DNA from: Lytechinus pictus
Lineage: Eukaryota
Direction of reading: 5' to 3'
Length of the DNA stretch: 64,000 nt
Assembly: GCF_037042905.1 (NCBI RefSeq)
Contig: NC_087245.1
Coordinates: 9,054,001-9,118,000, forward strand
Made by a program: the position numbers and the translations under genes. The notes under the pieces were generated by a model that was not told where the DNA came from, ran no database searches, and worked only from the letters and a program-made list of their open reading frames with translations. Below, one piece after another: positions 37,994 through 52,013 of this stretch; the stretch's first letter is position 1, and each line of letters starts with the position of its first letter.

Positions 37994-40596
37994 ATACCAT
38001 CAAAATCATAATTTCAATTATTATTATACGACGAAACGCACTGAAATCCCTTATAGAGTGGAAAAAAAAAAACGTCCTGGACCTTGCAGGCAACGCACAT
38101 AAATATGACTGTAAGTGTGGCGCCATCTATCACAGCATCACATATTTTGATTCACCACGTTACCAAGATTACTTTGTTGAATTATCGGGTTACGCGTAAT
38201 GTTTTTATGACCACACAACGAGTGTAGGGGATATGTCCCATAATATGTGGTTTTGCATCAAAGTTGAGATTAACAGTCTTATTGAACCCATATTCACGGA
38301 AAGGTTCTTAATTTTTCTTTGTATGTACACTACGGCTTAGTCACCGCATAAAAATGAATGACCTGTTATGATAATGACTGTGATACATGGTATCCATGTG
38401 TCTCTTATGAACGAAACGTAAGATGAAATGACAAACCATAATCTAACTGGAGACTTACGTATCTTTTGATTCGAGTCCTGACAATACATCTACTTTATAT
38501 AATGAATCAAGCACTGTCGTGATAACATGATATACAATGATGATAGTCTATTTAAAAATCTTACAGAAACGACAAATGTTTCGGCCTAAAAAGACCTAAA
38601 ATGTTTAAAATACCTCTTCACCTGCCAGTATATCTGATATTCTGTTTAATCTTTCCTCAATACCTCAAGAGATATGTAACTTAATCAATATAGTAAACAT
38701 CGTAAATATCAAAATGATATCCTTGACTTTAGCATATTGTACAAAAATTGTTGGAGGACTATTGTGTATATATATTTCAAGCAGTACTATGATGTCGTGC
38801 AGCCTGTATAGAAGATTACTTAGTATGACATTGATTTTTATTTCTTTTCTTGTAGAGCTTCATTTTCAATCTTTTAGACGGATAAGGTTCTCATCCATGT
38901 TATGATAGTCTCATATAAATGGATGCCAATAGGGATAACTCATTGATTATATTTAAATATATAATGTGAAAGTATTGTATGGGATGATCAATTCATCTCT
39001 AAATATTGACATCAAACGCACGGGCATGGGGTGGAAAAAAGAAACTGCAAAAATATTTGTAAGATATAAGGGGAAAGGGTGAAAGAGGAATGCAAAAAGA
39101 GGCAAGAAATAAATATATTTGTAAAGGAAATTACTGGATTATAATGTACATTATACGATTCATTTGATTTGGTAGGGGAATACATTACATCTCCTTCAGC
39201 CTTGGGTCCTCTTGTCCTCTATCAAAATATTCTGATACTGATCATGTTCATTTATTACTATTATTATTATCATTACCCAATGCTGACGGTTACGGAAACG
39301 ACCGTTGATGATATATCAAGAATAGTAAGGGGGCAAAGACGAGAGAGGAGACGAACATTGAAGGAAAGTTAATTCAATAATTTCCATTCAAACATAATAC
39401 AAAGTAATATAAATCAGATAGAAATATAAGGATTGATATGTTGAAAAAAAAACAGTATAAAATAATACATATGAAAATCTGTCTGTGGGTCCATTAAAAG
39501 ATAACAGGAAAGAGATAACTGGGTCATAATATAGTAACACTATTTTCTGTTAGAAAGATTAACCTTCTGGTGGTCATTCTGGACGTGACCTAAAAAAGTA
39601 CATGGAGTCGTTTCTTAAATTAATGCTAGATAGCTATTTGATGTCGTTTTTTACTTCCGAATATAGTTGGAGATTATTTACCTCATTCATTATTAAGTTG
39701 AAGTTGATGACTAAGTTGCATAATGCCACAAACGCATTTGCAACATCAATAATTGAATGAGAATGAAATATTTAGAGGTTTTATCCGGATTTTGCATCCA
39801 ATGTGTTCAAGTGATAGATATTGAATAGTTTAACCTTTTATGTACATACTAAATTTTAAAAAAATATCAAGAATATAGTTATTCGAAAAGTTAACTATTT
39901 CGTTGTACATACTCTTTAAGGTCATGAATATTTTTATCATTATTTCAATTTTTATTATTGTTTTCATTTTATTGATATTTTTATTGTTGTTCTGTATTAT
40001 TTCTCATTGTCATTTTATCATTATATTCATTAGCATAATTTTCTTCTTTGTTCTTATCATTATTACCGTTATTGTTATGACTGTTATTATTATCAGTATT
40101 ATTATCATTATTAGTAGTAGTGTCATCGCTTTGATTCTTTAATAATTCAAATCAATTTTACTTCTTTGAAGCTGATTTACAGTATTACCAGTAAAAGGTA
40201 CTAATAATTGTATATGTTAATAGATTAATTATTCTTTATCTAGCGAGAGTCCTTGATACAGTACTGATAATCTGTAAATATTTGCCCATGGGTCATATTT
40301 TTGTATATTGTATTTGGAGAGTTTAATGAACTATATAATCTTTATATTAAAAATGGCATTTTCGAATGCTGCTGTAGTAAGCTAACTTATCTGAAATTGT
40401 ATTATTTCTCTTTCCGATCTACACTTGAAATTATTTTAAAAAATAGATTTCACTTTATAAATGCCGAGTGATATATATTTTCTTTTTATTTTCAGGGGAA
40501 AGCACACTTTAAATTGATTGATCTCCTTCTGTTGGTCAATTATCATGATTTTGTATCGTGTATGTACACAAGATATATATATATATATATATATAT

Positions 40597-41033
40597 GAAG
40601 AGTTTTTATCTTTTCTAAGGACGGTGAATTTCCTATATATCTAATTCTAAAAGGAGCTAAATCCAATAATATTCATAACAATTGTAAGATTCTGTTATTT
40701 TCATCAAAATTTGCACTGACGTTGTGAACTTGTATCCACAACATGTACCCAAAAAATGAATGTATAACTTAATGTAAAATAGGAAAAATAACAAATTTTA
40801 GATAACCGTATCGTGGATTTACCTCCTTTTGGAACAAAACTGTTTTGGATTTAGCTCCTTTTGGAACAAAACTCAAATTTGAAATCAATTTTTACCAACC
40901 TTTCAAACAAAATTTTCAAATGCGATATGTTGCATTTAATTCCCACATCTAAGATACATATAGTTATTTGTATTAAAAAAAAAATCAATTTTGGTCAAAA
41001 TTGGATTTAGCTCCTTTAGGAATCAAGCTCTTC
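40597..41033. mobile_element. MITE of uncertain superfamily
   Basis: IR GAAGAG..AAAGGAGCTAAATCCAA / TTGGATTTAGCTCCTTT..GCTCTTC, with additional internal copies of ggattta.ctccttttggaacaaaac. Confidence 0.55.
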
Positions 41034-42934
41034 ATAATGTATGACAAAGAGCGAGAGCAAGCAGAGAGACGAAGCTCCTCAGCATTGAAAATGAAAGATT
41101 TGGTACATTGGTGCACTCATGCATTTAATGTTTTTTGTTGGGGAATGACTAGACACCAACATGTTTTAACCACAGGAAATATGCGAGAGAGCGTTGCGAG
41201 CAGAGAAGAAAACACCAGTATTCTTGCTAATGTCATGGACACTTCCGGTCATCCCTTGAGTTTCAACGCGTCCCATGTCCAGAGTGATGTCCCTTTGTCC
41301 GAACCATCATACCTACCATTGGAAGCGAGCGAAGCCAGCGGGGCAGCACAAATTTATTTTAGTTTTGATGAATTACATTGTGAACAACAATACTCAATTC
41401 ACGTGCTTCGAATATTTCAATAACAATAATGCAATGAATGAGCGCATTTTCATTTTTAATGAAAAGGCGCCCAGTCTTCAAAAAGAATGATCAATTTGCC
41501 CAGTTCATTTTTTAATATCTTATATCTAGAAAGTATTAAGTTATGCCCCCCTCCGCTTTTTCTTCAACATTTTTTTCCCATTTTTCATTATTTTTTATAG
41601 TTATATCATTCAATTTTTTATCGAACAACTCATTTGTTATTGCACTATTTGTTATTACACTTTCAGCCGAAAGTCAGAAGGCTGAAGTGTATTTAATTTA
41701 CTGGTCGTGAAATATATTGATTTTGAATTGAAATATAATAATATAATAATAACAATGATAATTTAAGATTTATATAGCGAGCATATCTGTCATTAATGAC
41801 ACTCAAGATTCACAATTTACATAAGAAAATTAACGCAATGATTTGGAATCAATAAATGCATATACATTGAACAGATTTATAGAGCGCACAAACTAATCTC
41901 TAAATTATATATTTTACTGCGCTATACCGTGTGAGAAAAAAAACTTGACACCTCACAAATTCCCAATTTCAGAAAAGAAAAAAATGTCATGAACGCATAA
42001 TCCTTATATAATAGCTGGAAGAGTATCTTCTCCCAAATAATTTGATTCCATTTTCAGAGGAAAAAAGAGGAGGAAAAACGAGTGAATGAAAAAGGGTGAG
42101 GGGAAGACCGGGGAAATAAAAAAAAGCTTTCGTGTGCTTGGACATCAAGCTTTCATTGTTTTCTCTGATTTACAAATTGATTTCATAAATGAAAGGCAAT
42201 TCAGTGTTGACTTACCAATAAAACTGATAAATTTGATTAAACGGCTTAATTCTTTTGAGAGAATATCGATCGTTTAGTAAACTTCTATTTTCCCCCAAAT
42301 CCTTATCATTTGGTATGATACATGTATTGTTTATCCTGTCTGTAATCTTTCTTTTTTTTTAATATACATGTACTACAAGATTATTATTATCAATCTGTAC
42401 GATTTTTTGTGTATGATTTTTCTTTATTTTTTATTATCATTCATGTTTTTAATATGCTGTTGAAGGTTTGCACAAACAGTTGCATACATACAACAGATCA
42501 GCACATGTATATGGAATGATTTTGTTGACAAATTAATGACCATTCGGGGGGGGGTCGATAAAAATATCTTTAAATGCGTCCCTTAAACCATGGAGGTAGT
42601 ATCTCCCAGGGTGTCCAGTCTAATGTACGCACAAATTCGTATTCCACTTGTAACCCTTGCCGACCCCTAAGGACATTTGACCGATCGAAGTAACGAACAA
42701 ACCCATTTGCCTATGGGCAGCCAAAAGAGCCAAAATTACAATTTCAAAAATAAAGAAACTTTCAGAAATAAATGTAGTATAATTATCTCAGAAACACATG
42801 TAGTCTTTCAGAAATAAATGCAGTCTCTCAGAAAAAAATTGCCGTTTCTTAGAAATAAATTACCTTCCTCATAAATAAAAGTAGTATCTCAGAAATATAA
42901 CATTCAGAAATGAATATATTACCTTGGACGAATA

Positions 42935-43553
42935 GTATACAAATATACAATGACACTCGAGGATCTGGCTAAAACTATTCGCATCGAAGGAACATCATAT
43001 AGTACTATTCTCCCGAGGGCCATTGGCCCGAGGGAGAATAGTACAATGTGATGTTCCTGAGTGCAAATAGTTTTAGCCAGTTCCGAGAATGGGTCATTGT
43101 ATATTTGTTTTATATCCCTTCCACTCATATATATTCTTCATACGATATTCTTCGTTGATACCCGACTTTTACAGCAAAACGATTTTTGATAAGTCGATGA
43201 TGGAACAATCGTTGAGAAGTTGAGAAAACAATAAGCCTTAATTGCCGTATTGATCGTCTGTTCAGCGAGCGCACCTGGTTAGTGCAGCTCGCCGAAAGTT
43301 TCCCGTGGCATGCAGTGGAGAGTACCGTTGGGCTGAGCAGCGCTCTGCTCGCATCGCGCCGCACAGCTCGCGAATCGAGTAGGGGGCGGGGTAAAAACGT
43401 ATAGTTCAGTTTTTCCCTAGGGAAAAAATGGACTATGCGTGACGTCAGCAAGGAAAATGAACTATTTCATGGCAAACGTTTTTCGTAGTAAAACTATTCT
43501 TTTCCTCCTTGTGTACACTCTCAATACAACAATCTTAAGTAAGGGATATAATA
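42935..43553. mobile_element. Hairpin-bearing non-autonomous element, Crypton-like, inserted in the left arm
   Basis: Absent from the right arm; about 170-bp palindrome at 42940-43107; second IR TTATATCCCTT / AAGGGATATAA. Confidence 0.6.
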
Positions 43554-44283
43554 CAGAATAGTTAGAAGTAAAAGTATTTAACCAGAAATGGATATAATTG
43601 AGAAATAAAAGACAAATCAGAAATAAATCTTGTCAATCATAGATGAAAGATTTCAGAAATATAAAACTCATTCAAAAAAAAATATCGTAACTGAAATAGC
43701 AGTATATTTCACAAATGAATGTCATCGACGTTCAGAAATAGATAATCTCGCAAATAAAACAATTTTTAACAATAAGAAAAATCTAGAAATAAAGATAACT
43801 GCAGAAATAAAAGCAACCACAAAAATAAATACAACCTCAGAATCATGAGTTTACGCGGAAATAAACAAAATTACAGATTTGCATGCTTTTGCAGGAATAT
43901 GTTATCACAAAAATAAACGAAACGATTGAAAATGAGTCTAAGGCGAAATAAATGTTTGTTCTCAAAAATTAAAGTTGGAACTCGCAAATAAATGTTCGTT
44001 CTCAAAAATAAAAGATGGAACTCACATTAACATTGACAATTCGAATGCCGGGCATAGCTGGAAAAAGAATGTTATTTATTGTTCGGTGCATGCTGCATGC
44101 GATGCGGTCCACGCGTGGCATGCATGCTTTGCATAATGGTCGTCCAAGACCAAGCACAAAATAATTTGACCAGCAACCCGTCCAAAAATTCGAACAATTC
44201 GGTATATAATATGCATGACGTCGTGGCCTAGTAGAGTACTTTTTTAGTAGTAGCCAAGGGCTTGCACAGTCTCACCGTGCCGG

Positions 44284-47200
44284 TGTACCGGCGGATCCTG
44301 CGCCTGGCAGATACTGTTCTAGGCACCAAATCCGCCGGCGGATTCAGTACCAAAAAAGGCCACTCCCTTCGGAAGATTCGGAAGATATCGTTCTTGCGCT
44401 ATCGCGATATCCTTCATTCATCACGTTCACACGTCATGCATGCACGCGCACCGCGCGTGAATAACGTTGCGAAATGAAGTTCGAAGAAGAGGTGGGTTAG
44501 CCTTAGTCTAATTGAGAGCCAGCTACCTTTCGGATTCTAGTTACATTAGGCCTTGAAGAGGAAAGCCTCAACATTTTGCCTTTATTCTGATGATTAGGGA
44601 CAGAGTCAGACTCAGACTGACGTTAATCAGAGATTAAGTTTGCATTAGGTTGGAACTAAGTTCTAGTGGAGACGCCAGCTCATCACAACGTTGGCCCCGT
44701 AAGGTGGTCTTCAGGGACGTCACGTGGTATGAGACCGCGCGATATAACATTTTTCACTCTTCTCTCTTTAGATTCCTTTTTTTTTTGGTGGTCTGTACGC
44801 CACTGTGAACAGGATTCTGCGGCAGTAGCGTGAAGTGTAAAAAAAAACCGAGGGGCGCAGTATAGCACATGAGCTAAAAAGCTGCTTTATATAAGTCCCG
44901 AACGAAGCCAGCGAGAAAAAAATCACCTTTTCATGATAATACTACTAATAATACTTCCCTTATATAGCGCATAAAACTGAAAGTTTCTCTACGCGCTTTA
45001 CAATAAATGAAACAAAATTCACATACTGCACACAAAGAAGAATCTAACTTTGAGCTATTTTTTGGCATTACATTCAGTAAATAAAATCATATTCTACACT
45101 TTTCCTTTGCTTTTCTTTCCTCCTTTCTTTTTGTTCTTGTTTGTAGAACTTTTTGGGACCATAGCCCAACCCTTCCATACGCAGTGCTGTGCGGTTGGGG
45201 TCCGGAATTTCTTGATATCAAAGCCATTTAAACCTCGCAGATTGCCGCTATTTTAATCAAATCGCGGGCATGTACAGGATATAGCTTTTACACAACACAT
45301 TTATTCAACCCAGTTTCGTAATGAACCAAATATTTTGAGGGGCAAAACATAGTAATGTGGGAAAAATCTGTAAAAAGTCGCAAAGCGATCGAGCTGGAAA
45401 AAAATGCCTTTTGAAATTAAATTCTAATTATGTAATTGATTTTTCCATTAGATTCAGCAACTAACAAATTTCATTGTTTCCATTTATTTCATTATACCTT
45501 GTCTCCTTTAATTTATTTTATTTCTCTTGGATGTGGAACCAAGACCCCCCCCCCCCCCCCGGCGCATGTGCAGTAATTGAACGTGATTGTGAACGGGAAG
45601 CGTTATAGAGCAATTTGAGGTTCAGTATAAATGAAGAGCCCCTACTGTGTGGGGTCTGGGGCAAAGCCCCGGTAGCTTATTTACATAAAATTTAGCTAGC
45701 TTATAGCACAATGTTGTATGCAGTCCATCTTTCTTCCCGCTCTTTAATTTCAATCATCGGAAGCCCGGTCGTGTTATTTTTTTTTTCCTTGTCCCTTTTC
45801 TTTGTTTTCCAAAAATTAGCTTTTGACTAATTGCATTTTACCTTCGTTTCGCGCTATTGTTTGCCATTTTGTCATCTTTTAATTTATTTCCCACCGTGCT
45901 ATTGCATTACATATGCCTGTTTTGGAATGATTTGTTCTTTCTCAAATGTTCTTCTTTCGTTCATTTTCCCGATTTCCTTCCTTTTCCATTAAAAAGGGTT
46001 TTTTTCTTCGTTTTCTTTTCACTTTTTCCTTTCCTTTTCCCCTCATTCCCCTTTCCCTTTCTTTCTCCCTCCTTTTTTTTTCCTTTCCCGTTTTTCTTTT
46101 ATTCCTGGTTAAATCCGCCAGGGGGCAACTCCCCCCCCCCCCCGCCTGTTACGTCATGAATATCCATTAGGTGGACTGATGATGTCACATCTCCACTTGT
46201 TCTTTTGTAATTTATTATATGAAATTAGGTTTATTCACATTTTTTCCTCCAAGAACTAGAAAATTTGGATTGACAACTGATTTAGTGCATTAGATATTTA
46301 TTGCTGCAACTTATTTCATTATAAGGGAGACATATTATTCACACAAGTATGAAATAAATGAAAAAAATATGGTTTTGTGTGATAACATAAGAAAATGGAA
46401 AATGGGGATGTGACATCATCAGCCCAACTAATGAATATTCATGATGACTGTTTTCACAAAATATTGCTTAACTTTAAACTTCAATAACTTTATTATTTGT
46501 TATCCGATTTTGATGAAATTTTCTGCATTTTGCTCAGTGAATTCTACTCTATGTATTAAGATATAAATATTTTCAGCCCGGACCATCCCTTTAATTCAGA
46601 TTCCTTAACAAAAATATTGAAAAAAAAGGAATAAAAAAAACAAATAAAAAAAATACATGACAAATTAAAAATAGGCCTACAATAAACTACATAAGATATT
46701 AATCATGTTTTGAAATTCTTTTTTTAAATGTTTGTTTGAAAAATGTTTTCACAAAAAATTAGCACTCTACAAGCAATAATATGAGTTAACAGCAATATAT
46801 ATTCATAAACTAATTTGCCTCATTTATTTTGAAATTATGAAGTTTTAACTCGTTGAAAATCTGTAATTTTATAAAAACCATAGGCCTATATGGGGGTACA
46901 AATTTTCGCCAGTCTGGCAAACTTACACTAATCATGGTGTGAAAAAGCACAGTTAAAGATATCGATGCATACTGCGGACTGAAAGTAGTATAAATTTTCA
47001 CGTAGGGCCTACAAAACAAAATGATGAAACTTTCATCAAAATCTGATAATAATAAATAGCAAAGTTTTGGCGCATGTGCCAGGTCTATGTATACATGATA
47101 TATCGAGTCATTGTTTCTCCTATTCCCTCACCCCCATCGAGCCCTTCGTCAAAAGCTGTATGGATCCGCCCCTGAATAAAAATTCACTAAAAGTCTAAAG

Positions 47201-47460
47201 GCGGACGAAAATCCCCTCCCGCCATTGGTAACGACATTGCCAGAGCCGCGCATGCGCGCGCTGCCGAGGTTGGACGTCTGTCCAAATAAATATTACACGT
47301 ATCGTCAATAGAACCAAATCCGCCGAGGAACCAAATCTGCAAACATCAAGCCGCGTCAAACCCGGCGGATATGGTTCCGATTAAAAACGATATCGGCCAT
47401 TAAGAACGATATCTGCCGGCGGATACGGTATCCGCCGGTGGAACCGAATTCGCCGCTACA
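44284..47460. mobile_element. Ginger-like non-autonomous element
   Basis: TGTA...TACA termini, CCGG duplicated on both sides, GC-rich CCGGCGGAT subterminal repeats at both ends. Confidence 0.75.
46155..46590. mobile_element. Kolobok-like MITE fragment (right part)
   Basis: Shares tccgattttgatgaaattttc motif with family A; ends GGACCATCCCT-TTAA. Confidence 0.6.
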
Positions 47461-47799
47461 CCGGACGCGCGTTTCCGTTTTACACCATGGCGAAGGCATT
47501 TTCCGGAAAAATAGCCACAAAGCGACTAGTGAAGAGTCTACGTCTACGTTTGTTTACATAATCAGCTGGGCGCGCGATCCAAAAGTCCGCACCGAAGATA
47601 TCCGCAGAACATACGTGCAAATGCAGCTGAGCTTATAGACCAAAAGCTTCAGTCTCTGTATTTTGGTTGTTCCGCTGAACTATATACGTTGGCTTCATGA
47701 TTTTTTTTACTTTATCGCACATGATCGTTTATATGAATGAAAACGAATAATAGCTAAAATATTGAAAAATAAATCACATAATTACTTTTTTTTTCATAT

Positions 47800-48501
47800 T
47801 ATATCTATCCTTAAATCTATCATATCTGTCTATCCACTATCTATGTTATAAATCAATCTATGGTACTACATGATATATCTATCTGCTAATTTGTCTATCT
47901 ACTCTGTCTCTCTCATTCTCTATCTACCTATCTATCTGTCTATCTATCTATCCATCTAACATCTATCTCTCAAATTCTCTATCTATCCATCTGTCTCTCT
48001 TTTATTTCTCTCTATCCATCTGTTAATCTACTCATGTGCAATATCAACACTGCTTCGACTTCCTTCGGGAGTCTATTTCCTCAGCTCTACTTTTCCCTTT
48101 TTTGTGCTCGATTCGATTCAATTACTACTTTATTTACTTGTTACCATTGTTAAATATCTTGTATTGCATAATGAGGTTTTTTTTCTGAAGGTTGCCTCCT
48201 ATTCTCTTTCAAATTCCACCTCTTGCTTTCCCTTCTCTTTGTCTTATCCCAATTTCTTTCCCTTCTCTCACCTCTTTCTTCTTAATCTTTCATTCCGCTT
48301 TTTTCTTCTTTGGTGACACTTTACTTTTGGCCTTTTGTATTTATTTGATACATTTCTTTTTTATCTGTATGAAATTGTATTGTATTTGATATTTATTTAT
48401 AATGTTTACTTTATATGATTATATTTGTATGTAAACATTCACTTATTTCAGTCTTTGACTGCTTGTGATTGTATTTTGATAGTTTTTATTGCAATAAAAT
48501 T

Positions 48502-48534
<33 letters not shown>

Positions 48535-48736
48535 TATATGTATCTCAAATTCTCTCTATCTATCCATCTGTCTGTCTTTTTCTCTCTCTCTATTTCTCTC
48601 TATCCGTCTATCTATCTCTCAAATTCTCTCTATCCATCTGTCTGTCTGTCTCTCAAATTCTCTCTCTCTCTATCTATCTATCCATCTGTCTGTCTTTTTC
48701 TCTCTATCCGTCTATGTATCTATCTCTCAAATTATA

Positions 48737-48771
<35 letters not shown>

Positions 48772-49592
48772 GTAACTACAGTATCTATCTATTAATCTTC
48801 TCTGTCTCTCTCTCTCTCTCTCTATCTATCCATCTGTCTTTCTCTAGTTCTCTCTCTCTATCAATCTATCTATCTATCTTCTATCTATCTATCTATATGT
48901 AACTGCAGTATCTATAGATCTGTTAATGTGTCGCTTTTCTCTGTCTCTCTCATTCTTTATCTATCTATCCATCTAACATCTACCTATCTCTCAAATTCTC
49001 TATCTCTCTCTCTCTCCCTCTCTCTATCTCGCTATCGATCTGTCTGTCTTTCTCTATTTCTCTCTATCTATCTATCTATCTTCTATCTATCTATTTATCT
49101 ATCTATCTATGTAACTACAGTATCTATCTATCTGTTTATCTATTTATCTATCTATGTAACTACAGTATCTATCTATCTGTTAATTTATCTATCTTCTCTG
49201 TCTCTCTCATTCTTTATCTATCTATCTATCTATCTAACATGTACCTATCTCTCAAATTCTCTATCTCTCTCTCCCCCCTCTATCTATCTATCCATCTGTC
49301 TGTCTTTCTCTATTTCTCTCTCTCTATATTCTATCTATCTATTCATCTAGCTATCTATGTAACTACAGTTTCTATTTATATGTTAATTTGTCTATCTTCT
49401 CTGTCTCTCTCATTCTTTATCTATCTATCTAACATCTATCTATCTCTCAGATTCTCTATCTCTCTCTCTCTCTATCTATCCATCTGTCTGTCTTTTTTTT
49501 TCTCTCTCTCTATTTCTCTTAATCCGTCCATATATCTATCTATCTATCTATCTATAACATCTCTCCATCTCTCAAGTTCTCCCCCCATCTAT

Positions 49593-49629
<37 letters not shown>

Positions 49630-49675
49630 CATCTCTCTGTCTTTCCCTCTCTCTCTCTACTTCTATATATTTATC

Positions 49676-49726
<51 letters not shown>

Positions 49727-49760
49727 GTCTCTATCTATTTATCAGTCTTCTATATCTATC
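47800..49760. repeat. Complex (TATC)n/(TC)n satellite-like tract with higher-order units
   Basis: Recurrent spacers tctcaaattctct and tgtaactacagtatct between TATC runs; interrupted at about 48030-48535. Confidence 0.9.
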
Positions 49761-51420
49761 TTTCGGCATCTAAGTGTATCAATTCATCAAACTTCAATTT
49801 TCTTTCTATTATATGTATCTGTTTATTTTTATTTTGTCTGTCATTCTATTCATTTTATAGTTAATAATTTATATTTAGAAAAAAAAAACTTTTTCATAAC
49901 TTTTCATAAAAAAAACGTAACTGCAAAAGCATGTTCGGATTTCACTCATATGACTGCTCTCTGTACATGAAGTGCCGAGGAACTCTATGCTCTGATCAGT
50001 AACTGTGCAGATTGCATGCGGTGGTGTGGGACTCGCCTGTGTCGCACGCTGCAACCAGCGACGTGTGTAGACTCTTCATTAGTCGCTTTGTGGCTATTTT
50101 TGCGGAAAATGCCTTCGCCAGGGTGTAAAACGGAAACGCGCGTGCCGCGCATGTCGGGGGCCGGCCGGCTGTGCTCGGTAGCTAGTGCAGGTATCTAGGG
50201 TCGGCCTTGGTTTATGCAGCTATACACCCTCTATTGCATTCGAATTGTCAATGTAAATGTGAGTTCCAACTTTTATTTTTGAGAGCGAACTTTTATTTCG
50301 CCTTAGACTCTATTTTCAGTAATTTCCTGCAAAAGCATGCAAATCTGTGAATGTGTTTATTTCCAAGAATTGTTTTAATTCCACCGTATTTCCACGTAAA
50401 CTTATGATTCTGCGGTTGTCTTTATATCTGTACTAGTTTTCTTTATTTCTAGAGTTTATTTATTTTTTGAAATTGTTTTATTTGCGAGATTATCTATTTC
50501 TGAACGTCGATGACATTAATTTGTAAAATATACTGCTATTTCAATTACGATATTTTTTTTTGAATGAGTCTTATATTTCTAAAAGCTTTTATCTATGATT
50601 GACAAGGTTATTTCTGATTTGTCTTTTATTTCTCAATTATATCAATTTCTGGTTAAATACTTTTATTTCTGATATTTCTGACCAAAATGTCTTATTCGTC
50701 CGAAGTACTGACATTTATGAGACACTACTGTTATTTCTGAGGAAGTTAATCTATTTATGAGAAACAGCAATTTTTTCTGAGAGACTGCATTTATTTCTGA
50801 AAGCCACATCATGTATTTCTGAGATACTACATTTATTTCTGAGTGTTTCTTTATTTTTGAGATTGTTAATTTTGACCCTTTTGGCTGCCCATACTTGCCA
50901 GGTGGACGAATGGTTCACTTTCATTTGGACACTCGATATATACTTCATGTAGTCCCCCAGTTGTTATCATAGTTGTATAAGCTAGGAGAAAAACAGTTGG
51001 TGAGTATGATACTTGAGTCTTGATGTATATTTTCTTGTCATTTACTATATGTGAATATCTGTAGTAATAATAAACTGTAAGACTCTGCATTACTTATGTA
51101 AGCTGTTGACAGGAATATGATTAAGAAGATGTATTCCCTATATACATTGCAATGCACATTTGGAAATAAATACCATGAAGTAGTGTTCCATCTAATAACT
51201 TAGAAGCAACGAACACTTTCAGAACCATGCAAGGGTTTCGCAACTAAAAAGTATTCTATATGTTTGATTTGCGACATTTTCTACGTTTTTTTTCCTGCTA
51301 TTCAATATAGTCATTGTTTGTAATAGTGTAGATAAGCAATGAACCTTATCTGTATTTATTACGGTACTTTTATCCAACGATGCTTGAACTCTTATTGTCG
51401 GGCATTTAGGGCCCAATTAA

Positions 51421-52013
51421 AGGTCAAGTCCATCCCAGAAAAATGTTGATTGGAATGAATAGAGAAAAATCAAACGAGCATAACACTGAAAATTTCATAA
51501 AATCGGATGTAAAATAAGAAAGTTATGGCATTTTAAAGTTTCGCTTATTTTTCACAAAACAGTGATATGCACAACTCAGTGTCGTGCGAATGAGTCAGTC
51601 AATGATGTCCATCACTCACTATTTCTTTTGTTTTTTATTGTTTGAAATATACAATATTTCATTTTTTACAGATTTGACGATAAGGACCAAGTTGACCGAA
51701 CGATATAGTATTAAACAATGCCAATTCCACATGTTCAGGGAGGAATTAATCATTGTTTCACTTGACAATGATGAGAAAATTAGGATATTTCATATAATGA
51801 AATACAAAAGAAATAGTGAGTGGATGACGTCATCAGTCTCCTCATTTGCATACTGCAGGATGTGCATATAACTGTTTTGTGAAATTAAGCGAAACTTTAA
51901 AATGTCATAACTTTCTTATTTTACATCCGATTTTGATGAAATTTTCAGTGTTATGCTTGTTGGATTTTTCTCTTTTTATTCAAATCAACTTTTTGCTGGG
52001 GTGGACTTGTCCT
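51421..52013. mobile_element. Kolobok-like MITE family A, complete copy
   Basis: TTAA TSD on both sides; TIR AGGTCAAGTCCATCCCAG / CTGGGGTGGACTTGTCCT. Confidence 0.88.

Larger units (their letters stand above)
42712..50893. mobile_element. Large non-autonomous IS3EU-type element with about 0.65-kb inverted arms and multiple nested elements
   Basis: TIR TATGGGCAGCCAAAAG / CTTTTGGCTGCCCATA; flanks TTTGCC / CTTGCC; arms 42712-44048 (interrupted) and 50236-50893 are reverse complements built of CAGAAATAAA modules. Confidence 0.85.

Noticed and set aside
41001..41423. 140-aa ORF
   Set aside because: Starts at TTG inside a MITE end; no recognisable domain or splice context
42607..42711. Possible small Tc1-like MITE (gggtgtcc...ggacactc at about 50930) hosting the IS3EU element
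   Set aside because: The inverted match is too degenerate and no TA TSD is visible
48425..49970. Long hydrophobic LSIY-repeat ORFs up to 243 aa
   Set aside because: Stop-poor frames of the (TATC)n/(TC)n satellite
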